Assembly: GCA_029838195.1 (NCBI GenBank)
Contig: JALGVJ010000005.1
Span: forward strand, 64,001 to 128,000
Direction: 5' to 3'
Length of the DNA stretch: 64,000 nt
Source: Promethearchaeota archaeon
GTDB taxonomy: Archaea; Asgardarchaeota; Lokiarchaeia; Sigyniarchaeales; SOKP01
Below the pieces are notes generated by a model. It saw only the letters and a list, made by a program, of their open reading frames with translations. It searched no databases and was not told the DNA's origin. Shown here in pieces: positions 38,533-47,073 of this stretch. How positions within the stretch are numbered: position 1 is the stretch's first letter; the number at the start of each line of letters is the position of its first letter. Both the position numbers and the translations under genes were made by a program.

Positions 38533-39597
38533 ATGGTTCATTCATTAGAAGAGATTAGTGGCATAGGGAGAAAAACGGCTCAGATTTTAAAACAAGTTGG
38601 GGTCAATTCAGTTGAAGATCTAGCCTCAATAAACATAAATGATTTAATCAAAGTAAAAGGGATTGGAAAAGCTACTGCTGAACGATATATTAAAAAGGCA
38701 AAAGAATTCCTACAAATGAAGAAACAGGGGGAAAAAAAAGAAGTTGAAGGAGATAAAGAGGAAATCATTGAAGAGCTAATTGCCGGAGCAGAGGAGGATT
38801 TCTCAACCGCCAAAAAAGAGAGCCTAGATTTAAATTTTTGGAATAAACCACCATATTCTAGTTTGTTGGATTCGGAACTCGCGAAAGAATCGAAACTAGT
38901 GTTTTATAATCTTAGTAATTTGGTTAATGAATTCTTCGATAAAATGCTCAAGGAAGAAATCATTAATTATAAGATTTCGGGCATAGCTTTAAAAAATTCA
39001 GCTATTTTACATCATTATAAAATCAGCAGCGTGATAAAAGAGGAGGAAGAGATCCAAAAACAAGAGGATATTGAAAAACTAAGAGAGAGCCATAGAAGAA
39101 CCATTCCAAAAACCCTCCCCCAACCATTGCGTCCAAAAATGGAGATCTCAACTAAAGAAGAGCTATTTGAAGCCATGAGATCTGCCATCATTGAAACCAT
39201 GCAAAAGAAAGAAAAACTAAAGAGAAGGAGAATTCTGCGAGAACAGAGAAAACAAAAGAGATTACAAATGAGGTCTAAAGCAAAATTACCAAAAGAATTA
39301 TTAAAGCATATCACCGGAAAAGAACAAACAGTAGAAGAATTACACGAATCGTGGTTTAATCGGATAAAATCTATAATCAATTTAAATAATAAGGAAAGTA
39401 CTTCATTTTTTGAACTTATAGATTTAATAAATAAGGAAGAAAAAACGGAAATTGGAAAGAGATTTAGTTTAGTTCGCCTCTTTCTTGCCTTGATGTTTTT
39501 ATCTACGGGAGGGGTTAAAAGTACTGCTAAAATGAATCCCGTGATTCAATTATTTCAAGAACATGATTTTAATGATATTAAGATTCAATTAAAATAA
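38533..39597 (+). CDS. scpA: Kleisin ScpA with an N-terminal (HhH)2 domain
   Basis: EISGIG and KVKGIG HhH motifs; kleisin N-region 'NEFFDKM...ISGIALKNSAILHHYK'; C-wHTH 'RLFLALMFL...QEHDFNDIKI'; upstream of scpB. Confidence 0.8.
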   Translation: MVHSLEEISGIGRKTAQILKQVGVNSVEDLASININDLIKVKGIGKATAERYIKKAKEFLQMKKQGEKKEVEGDKEEIIEELIAGAEEDFSTAKKESLDLNFWNKPPYSSLLDSELAKESKLVFYNLSNLVNEFFDKMLKEEIINYKISGIALKNSAILHHYKISSVIKEEEEIQKQEDIEKLRESHRRTIPKTLPQPLRPKMEISTKEELFEAMRSAIIETMQKKEKLKRRRILREQRKQKRLQMRSKAKLPKELLKHITGKEQTVEELHESWFNRIKSIINLNNKESTSFFELIDLINKEEKTEIGKRFSLVRLFLALMFLSTGGVKSTAKMNPVIQLFQEHDFNDIKIQLK

Positions 39598-39619
39598 TTA
39601 TAATTCATCTACTTATAAC

Positions 39620-40351
39620 ATGAATGAAAATACGGAGAATAGTATCAAAGAATTTGAAAAGAAAGAAACAGAAAAGGAAATTGAGGAGAATGGGAAAGCT
39701 TTAGAAGGGGAATTTTCGGAAAAAGCTCTATCTTCCCCCGCACAAAAAGAAACAGAAATTAATCATATGGAAAAGACCTTAAAAAATTCACTTGAAGCAG
39801 GAGCAGGAATAGATATGAGACATTTTAAGAAAAATTTAATTGAAGCATCGTTATTTGTAGCGGGTAGTTCTCTTAATATCGAAGAAATCTCAAGTAAATT
39901 AAATATAAGCAAAAAAGAAGTAAAAGAATTAATAGAAGAATTAGCTATTGATTATCTGGAAAGAAATTCTGCTTTAATAATTGCACAATTAGGGGAAGAC
40001 ACTTATCAATTACAAATCAAGACGGAATACATGGACCATATCTCCAAATTTGCTAAAGGAGGGGCAATTCCAGAAAAATATCTGCGAACTTTAACAATTA
40101 TCGCCTTAAAACAACCCATATTGAAATCAACTTTGGTAAAAATAAGAGGGTCAGGAGCTTATGAACACGTGAGCTATTTACTTGATAGGGGTTTGATTTC
40201 AGCTGTAAAAAAAGGGAGGAGTCAAGAATTAACAACCACCGAAAAATATGCAGAAATGTATGGTTTGCCAAAAAATATTGAAGAAATGAAGAAAGTGATG
40301 ATAAAACAATTAGGAATCGAAAATAATATAGAAAATAATAAAAGAGAATGA
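39620..40351 (+). CDS. scpB: Segregation and condensation protein ScpB
   Basis: IEASLFVAG, RTLTIIALKQPI, KIRG, TTEKYAEMYGL. Confidence 0.92.
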   Translation: MNENTENSIKEFEKKETEKEIEENGKALEGEFSEKALSSPAQKETEINHMEKTLKNSLEAGAGIDMRHFKKNLIEASLFVAGSSLNIEEISSKLNISKKEVKELIEELAIDYLERNSALIIAQLGEDTYQLQIKTEYMDHISKFAKGGAIPEKYLRTLTIIALKQPILKSTLVKIRGSGAYEHVSYLLDRGLISAVKKGRSQELTTTEKYAEMYGLPKNIEEMKKVMIKQLGIENNIENNKRE

Positions 40352-40352
40352 T

Positions 40353-42956
40353 TTATTTTAGGGAAATTAAAACTTTTAAATTCAATTCTTGAATGGTTTC
40401 CTTGAGATCATGAGATCCTTGATAAGCTTTTTCTCGTTTTATTGAATCTATGATAAGTTTTTTTGCACGGATTGTATTAATAATATCATCTTTTACTTGT
40501 TTAAGTTTGTTTTGATTCTTAGAATTCGTTAATAAAATAATTTTGCATATTTCTTGATTTAGGGGGATTTGAAGTTTTGATTTAAATCGTCTGAGATTCT
40601 CAATAACTTTGATAGCCAATTCACCCACTTTTTGCTTCTCTTCATCAATACCCTCATGTGGTTTTGGCCAACCTTCCAAATGGATTGATTTCTTTTTAAT
40701 AAAAGGCTGATAAATTAGAAAATAGATTTCTTCAGTAATAAACGGCATGATCACTGCCAAGATTTTTAAAGTTTGGTAAAAGAGGTTCAAGGCATTTATC
40801 AAAGCTTTAGTTTGAGTTTTTTTATCTTCTGTGTAGAATTTATATTTAATCGCTTCAAGGTAATTATCGCATAGTCCGTTCCAAAAAAATAACCTTAATG
40901 AAACATAACCTTCATGCCAATTGTACTGATCAAAATATTGGGTGATCTTTACTAATGTTTTATTGAATTCTTCATAAAAATAGTAATCAATACAAGAAAG
41001 TTCCTCGGGAGTAATCGATTTTAATTCAATATTTGATTTATCAAGATTAATTTTGAGAAAACGATAAGCATTCCATATTTTTGTCAAAAATCTCGAGGCA
41101 GCAATCAATTGTTCAAATCGACGGCGATATTTCTTATTAAACTTCTCTTCTGTTAATTTTTCTCTTTCTTTTTTAATTATTTCCTCAGAAACAGGTTGAT
41201 TTTTATGGATATCGTACCAAGTATATTCAAAAGGATAATCATCTCCAAGAGTCCCTAACGCAGCCCATTGTCTTATTGCATCTGCACCGAATTCAGGTAT
41301 TACTTCATCCGGAGAAACGATATTACCAAAGCTTTTTGACATTTTTCTTAAATCGGGACCCGCGACCATTCCATTAATCATTATTTCAGAAAATGGGGCC
41401 TTGCCGGTCAGTAATTTACATCTAAAAAGAGTATAAAACAACCACGTTCGAATGATCTCATACCCTTGAGGGCGATGAACCTGGGCTTCCATGTACGTTT
41501 TTTTGAAAAAATTTTCATCTTCTAACCACTTACTAATTGCTAAAGGCGTAATACTAGAATCAATCCAACAATCACACACATCTTTCTCTCCTTCAATGCG
41601 CTTATTCCCACAGTTGGGGCATTTATCAACAGGAGGGGGTATTTTTACTGGATCCAAAGGTAAATCATCCTCTGAGGGTGCTATTACTTCCCCGCAATCT
41701 TTACAATACCAAAATGGAATTGGAGTGCCAAAAACTCTCTGTCGGGAAATAACCCAATTCCAATCTAATCCTTCACACCAGTCAATCAAGCGCTGTTTAT
41801 GTTTTTCAGGATACCATTTCATTAAATTGGCGGACTCAATGATGTCATCAGTAAAATCTTTCACGTTTATGAACCATTGATATATCGGTAAATACTCTAT
41901 TGGTTTTCTACAAGATGATCGTTCTGAATGGATGATTATTCGATGGTCATGATCTTCTACCTTCTCTAATAAGCCCATTTCCTTCAATTTTTTTACTATC
42001 TCCTCCCGTGCTTCAAGGATGGTTAATCCTTTAAACTGAGAATTCTCATTCATGTGGCCATCTTCCGTGAAGATTTGAATTTCCGGCAAATCATATTGAA
42101 GTTTCCACTTAATATCCATCTCATCACCATACGTACAACAATAAACGATCCCCGTACCAAAATTCATATCCACATTTTTATCCATCTGTATCCGAACCGT
42201 CCGATTGGTAAAGGGAATGCGTACCTCAGCAGCAGAAAGATGATAATAACGATCATCATTGGGATGAATGAAAACCCCCACGCATGCTTCCATGTATTCT
42301 GGCCGCGTGGTAGCAATCGTTATATATTCATTTTCCCTATCTACTAAAGGTAATTTGATATACCATAATTTTCCTTTTTCTTCTTCATATCCTACTTCTG
42401 CTTTTGCCACCGACGTTTCACAATTCACGCAGAAATGAGTGGGAAACTTCTCTCGATAAAGCCAGCCTTTCTTCCAGAAATACAATAAGGACCATTGAAC
42501 CTTGTACTTGTAATCATCATTCATAGTTCGATAGGTATAATTCCAATCCGTTGAATATCCTAACTCATCGAATTGTTGCGTCATGTTTTTAATATTATCT
42601 TCCACCCATTCCACGCACTTGGCAAGAAATTCATCTCTATTCTCCTTAGAAATCCCATAATTTTTTTCGACTGCCAATTCAACAGGTAAGCCATGACAAT
42701 CAAAACCTTGAGGAAAATAGACATTCCTTCCTCTCATTTTATGAAAACGTGCTACAAAATCAATCCAAGAATGATTAAGCACGTGACCCAAGTGAAGGGT
42801 TCCACTAACAAAAGGAGGCGGGGTATCAATTGAAAAAACTTGGTCTTTTTTCTCTGGATCAAATTTATATATACCTTCCTCTTGCCAGTATTTTATCCAT
42901 TTTTGCTGGATTGGGCCGTGATTATATCTTTTAGGATAAGTTTGTTCTCTTGTCAT
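40353..42956 (-). CDS. valS: Valine--tRNA ligase (archaeal type)
   Basis: IDTPPP, HLGH, DCHGLP, ATTRPE, WVISRQR, KMSKS. Confidence 0.95.
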   Translation of the reverse strand: MTREQTYPKRYNHGPIQQKWIKYWQEEGIYKFDPEKKDQVFSIDTPPPFVSGTLHLGHVLNHSWIDFVARFHKMRGRNVYFPQGFDCHGLPVELAVEKNYGISKENRDEFLAKCVEWVEDNIKNMTQQFDELGYSTDWNYTYRTMNDDYKYKVQWSLLYFWKKGWLYREKFPTHFCVNCETSVAKAEVGYEEEKGKLWYIKLPLVDRENEYITIATTRPEYMEACVGVFIHPNDDRYYHLSAAEVRIPFTNRTVRIQMDKNVDMNFGTGIVYCCTYGDEMDIKWKLQYDLPEIQIFTEDGHMNENSQFKGLTILEAREEIVKKLKEMGLLEKVEDHDHRIIIHSERSSCRKPIEYLPIYQWFINVKDFTDDIIESANLMKWYPEKHKQRLIDWCEGLDWNWVISRQRVFGTPIPFWYCKDCGEVIAPSEDDLPLDPVKIPPPVDKCPNCGNKRIEGEKDVCDCWIDSSITPLAISKWLEDENFFKKTYMEAQVHRPQGYEIIRTWLFYTLFRCKLLTGKAPFSEIMINGMVAGPDLRKMSKSFGNIVSPDEVIPEFGADAIRQWAALGTLGDDYPFEYTWYDIHKNQPVSEEIIKKEREKLTEEKFNKKYRRRFEQLIAASRFLTKIWNAYRFLKINLDKSNIELKSITPEELSCIDYYFYEEFNKTLVKITQYFDQYNWHEGYVSLRLFFWNGLCDNYLEAIKYKFYTEDKKTQTKALINALNLFYQTLKILAVIMPFITEEIYFLIYQPFIKKKSIHLEGWPKPHEGIDEEKQKVGELAIKVIENLRRFKSKLQIPLNQEICKIILLTNSKNQNKLKQVKDDIINTIRAKKLIIDSIKREKAYQGSHDLKETIQELNLKVLISLK

Positions 42957-42991
42957 GTTAAAATTTGAAAAATTTTATCTTCAATAATGGA

Positions 42992-43093
42992 TGGACCTGA
43001 CGGGATTTGAACCCGTGACCTCGAGAATGCGAATCTCGCGTTTCAGGGGGGCTTTCAAGAAACCCAAACTATCTGCGACTGATCTACAGGCCC
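42992..43093 (-). tRNA. tRNA-Ala(CGC) with a 30-nt non-canonical intron (43041-43070) in the D arm
   Basis: Acceptor GGGCCTG/CAGGTCC-A with G3:U70; anticodon arm CGAGA-TTCGCAT-TCTCG; T arm ACGGG-TTCAAAT-CCCGT; removing the intron restores a GATC/GATC D stem. Confidence 0.85.
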
Positions 43094-43465
43094 GCGTTTT
43101 TGAATGTTTTCTTAATTATTTTTAATTCCTTCTACAAAAAATTGTTTTTTCTTTTTAATAATTAATAAAAAAATATAATTTTTGCGTAATTCAATCAGAG
43201 GGAGAAATTTTACATTAAAATCATTATCTCCCATAATTTTTGCTTAAATTGCCAACCAAGAGATTACTAATAAAAAATGAATTAAAATAATGAATCTCTT
43301 AAAATGAGGGAATATTGAACTCAATCAACAAAATTTTATCATTAAGTCAGACAATTCAATCATTAAATTTAGTAAAAATTTCTATTAAATTCACGATAAA
43401 GATCTTTAAGAACGAGAAAAAGAAAAAAATTAAAAACTCAAGAAAGTAAAGATGGTTCATAGATT

Positions 43466-45856
43466 TTAATATTCCGTTCTTGCAATGATTTCATTCTGGG
43501 CATTTTCTGATAGTTCATTAAATAACACAGAATAGCCAGCAATTCTCACTACGAGACCCACGTGTTTTTCCGGATGTTTTTGAGCGTCAAGAAGGGTGTC
43601 TTTACCCACCACGTTAAATTGAATGTGGTATCCCCCATCTTTCGTGAAAAAGGATCGTATTAACGAAGGAAATAATTCTATTTTGAAGGAGGTTGGATGG
43701 AATGATAAAATAAGAGAGTTCCCATTAGTTTGAAGAGAATTATCGAGTTTCTTGATGCTATTTAAGATAGCCGTGGGCCCATTCTTATCTCTTCCGTGCG
43801 TGGGACCAACACCATTGGAAAGAGGTTCTCGAGAGCGTCTTCCATCCGCAGAGGCACCTGTAAAAGAGCCGAAAGCCAGATGTAAAGAAGTAGAATATAT
43901 TCCGGGGTTAAATTTTCCTCCTCTAAAATTATCATGCCTTGCTATTTCTTCGCAAAAGCTCTTGACGATTTCTACTGCAATTTCATCCACGTAATCTTCA
44001 TCATTACAAAATTTGGGAACTTTATTAATGAATATTTCTTGCCATTCTTTCCCTGTCTTTCCTCTATAGGTTCCCTTGAAATTTCTTTTCAAAATGGTAA
44101 CCATATCATCTAACGAGAGCAGATTTTGCTCAAAAACGATTTTTTTAATGACTGCTAAACTATCTGCTGCGGTAGCTAATCCAATCATTTGAGGACCTGT
44201 GAAATCGTAGACAGCGCCCCCTTGAGTGATATCTAACCCTCTCTCAATGCAATCATCAATCGTCGTGGAAAGAAAGGGTTGAGGCTTAATTTCTGCAATC
44301 GCCTTATCCAAATAATACATTGCGTCGACCATGTATTTGATGAAATATTTCATGTTCTCAATAAACCGATGCCATAATTCTTGGTAAGACGTTATGGGAG
44401 AATCAAATTTTAATCCGATTTCTCTCCTTAAAAATACATCCGTGCTATTGTTTAGTGCTAATTCTAAACATTTTACTATGTTGAATTGATTGGCATTCGT
44501 GGACCCAAATGATTTGTGCGGATGTTGGGGTTCCACGCACCCAATGGGCGCATATTCCCGCGCATCTTCTATCGTAAAACCTCTATTTACCAAACCCTTG
44601 ATCATGATTTCATCATTGAACAACGCCAAACTCGTACCTTGTTTTATAACCTCTCCGACTTTCAATAGAAAATCATCGGAGGTCTTTTCATGTACGCGAA
44701 CGGAAAAAGTAGGTTGGACCGTTTTTAAGTTAGAATAGGCTTCTAAGATGATATAGGACAATTCATTTGTTGCATCTTGACCACGTGCGTCCAATCCTCC
44801 TATCGTGAGATTTTCTGCTATGGGTGGGCCTTCTGCAGCATTCACACCAAGATAAAAGACGTAATTCCACAGTGTATTTAATTTTAAGAAGAAACATTCA
44901 ATGAGAAACTTGACTTCTTCCTTAGTAATCGTGTTATTCTTGATATCATTAATATAGAACGGGTATAGATATTGGTCTAATCTACCTATACTAATTGCAA
45001 ATCCGCCATCTTCCAGACCGCAGATAACTTGAGTAAAATAAATTAATTGAATAGCTTCTTTAAAATTTTTCGGAGGTTTACCGGAAATATTGTTACAAGC
45101 ATTACTTATTTCAAGTAACTCTTTTTTACGTTTTATATCTTGTTCTTTTTGTGCCATGCTAAAGGCTAATTCAGAAAATCTCTTGATGTAGCATTTTGCT
45201 GCTTTTAAAACAATCAACATTGCACTCAATGCTAAACTCATCTGGTCATTGTTCTCTACAAGGGCAATTTTATTTTCTATCTTCTGGATCAATCCATCCA
45301 ATCCGTCTTTCAATATATTTTTATGACCGGGCATAAAATGTCCAATTCCATTGGTGACCTCAGTTTCAATCGTAAATACTAAGGTATCTACTTTTTCTTT
45401 AATCTCTGGAGGGATGCTAGACAAAAATCTTTCTTTTAGGGTTTTTTCATCGTTCTTCCAATAGGGAATGATTTCAGATTTTAGGACCGCTTTATCTTCT
45501 TCCGAAATGAATAATTTTTGAGCTTTTCTGTTATCATAGGTATCGATATCTTGTTCGATGGTATCAATTCTTACTTCTGGGTAAAGAGGGGTACCGATAA
45601 ATTTAGTGCATCGGTTTCCTATGATATACTCATCATCCCATATAATAATGGTCATTTCTTTTAATAATTTTTCCATGGCTTTGGCGAATCGAATGTAAGG
45701 GAGCTGATCTCTTGTTTTTTTATAGGATTCCGTGAATATTTTTGCTCTTTCAATACATATTTCGTGAGGGGAGGTCAGTATTTTGTTTTTCATTTTTAAA
45801 ATTCTTTCTTCGCGAGATAAACTTGACGCTTGTTTAGTTATCATAAGAATTATCAA
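43466..45856 (-). CDS. Glycyl radical enzyme (PFL2/dehydratase-like, single Cys)
   Basis: ICIERA, SIGRLDQYL, PIGCVEP, SADGR, HIQFNVV, VRIAGYS. Confidence 0.92.
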   Translation of the reverse strand: MIILMITKQASSLSREERILKMKNKILTSPHEICIERAKIFTESYKKTRDQLPYIRFAKAMEKLLKEMTIIIWDDEYIIGNRCTKFIGTPLYPEVRIDTIEQDIDTYDNRKAQKLFISEEDKAVLKSEIIPYWKNDEKTLKERFLSSIPPEIKEKVDTLVFTIETEVTNGIGHFMPGHKNILKDGLDGLIQKIENKIALVENNDQMSLALSAMLIVLKAAKCYIKRFSELAFSMAQKEQDIKRKKELLEISNACNNISGKPPKNFKEAIQLIYFTQVICGLEDGGFAISIGRLDQYLYPFYINDIKNNTITKEEVKFLIECFFLKLNTLWNYVFYLGVNAAEGPPIAENLTIGGLDARGQDATNELSYIILEAYSNLKTVQPTFSVRVHEKTSDDFLLKVGEVIKQGTSLALFNDEIMIKGLVNRGFTIEDAREYAPIGCVEPQHPHKSFGSTNANQFNIVKCLELALNNSTDVFLRREIGLKFDSPITSYQELWHRFIENMKYFIKYMVDAMYYLDKAIAEIKPQPFLSTTIDDCIERGLDITQGGAVYDFTGPQMIGLATAADSLAVIKKIVFEQNLLSLDDMVTILKRNFKGTYRGKTGKEWQEIFINKVPKFCNDEDYVDEIAVEIVKSFCEEIARHDNFRGGKFNPGIYSTSLHLAFGSFTGASADGRRSREPLSNGVGPTHGRDKNGPTAILNSIKKLDNSLQTNGNSLILSFHPTSFKIELFPSLIRSFFTKDGGYHIQFNVVGKDTLLDAQKHPEKHVGLVVRIAGYSVLFNELSENAQNEIIARTEY

Positions 45857-46131
45857 ATTAGAAGATGTTTAATTTCAAATTCATATATTTAAACAATTAT
45901 GATATGAATGGAGCTTTTATAAAATTTTAGAAATACTCATGAGGTTTTATAAGCAAGCGAATGTAAAGTTGGGGGATATATATTTAAAATAAGAAGGATG
46001 TAATTATTATTCAACAAGATTTATTATAAATAATAAATGGATAGAATGAATTTCTCATAACTTATTTTATTTAAAGATAAAAATTATCAACAATTAATTC
46101 TTTTTAAATAAAAAAGCGTAAGATTTGAAAA

Positions 46132-47073
46132 ATGATTGACAAGGAACGATTTGCGAAATTATTTAATCAACAACTAATTAAAGATATTACTCAAGAGGAG
46201 ATAAAAATTGTATTATCTGGCCAATACGGGAAAGCTTTAGAGTTATTGAGAGATGCGGAAGCAACATCATTGTTTCCAGCTTTGATTGGGCCACCTGGCG
46301 TAGGAAAGACCATTTTGTGCCGTTATTTTGCTAGCTTGAGGGCAAAAGAGCAAAAAAGCCGAAATTTTTACTGGCTTACCATGGATGAGAGCATAAAACC
46401 ATCTCATTTTATTGGAACTTTTGATCCAGCCATCGTTTTAAGAAAAGGTTTTACTTTAGAGGCATTTAATCCGGGTCCTTTATTAAATGCCATGTTAGAG
46501 GGAGGGACATTTTTAGCTAATGAAATAAATAGAGCGACGGAATATTCTCAGAATACTTTATTAGAACCATTAGAGGAGGCTTCAGTAACCGTGCCTCATT
46601 TAGGAAGAATAAAAGCGAATAAAGATTTTTTTTTCATATGTGCCATGAACCCCGAAGAGTTATCGGGAACGCATCGATTATCTGAAGCATTAAAGGATCG
46701 AATTAAAGTGTGGATAAAATTGGATTATCCTAATAAAGCAACTGAATTAGATATCATTAGAATTAATTTACCCGAACATTTCACGATAGATGAATCTGAA
46801 TTAGAATTAATTTATTCAATCATCAAAGAGACCCGCAAAAATATGATTGATATTGAAATTCCGGCTTCAATTAGGGCGGGCATTGCTATGGCGAAATTAT
46901 TAGGGCGCAAGCGAGAATTAGAAGAAAAAGAAAAGACTAAAGAAAAAAAATCTGCGTACTTGCATTTATCCGAAATTGCTCGATATGTCTTATTAGGTAG
47001 TATTAAACCAAAACCGGGAGTAAATGTAGAAGATGTAGTGGATAATATTATAGCAAAAACAGTTGGAGGGTGA
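46132..47073 (+). CDS. MoxR/CoxD-type AAA+ ATPase
   Basis: GPPGVGKT, GPLL, ANEINRA, AMNP, GTHRLSEALKDR, LDYP, ASIR. Confidence 0.88.
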   Translation: MIDKERFAKLFNQQLIKDITQEEIKIVLSGQYGKALELLRDAEATSLFPALIGPPGVGKTILCRYFASLRAKEQKSRNFYWLTMDESIKPSHFIGTFDPAIVLRKGFTLEAFNPGPLLNAMLEGGTFLANEINRATEYSQNTLLEPLEEASVTVPHLGRIKANKDFFFICAMNPEELSGTHRLSEALKDRIKVWIKLDYPNKATELDIIRINLPEHFTIDESELELIYSIIKETRKNMIDIEIPASIRAGIAMAKLLGRKRELEEKEKTKEKKSAYLHLSEIARYVLLGSIKPKPGVNVEDVVDNIIAKTVGG

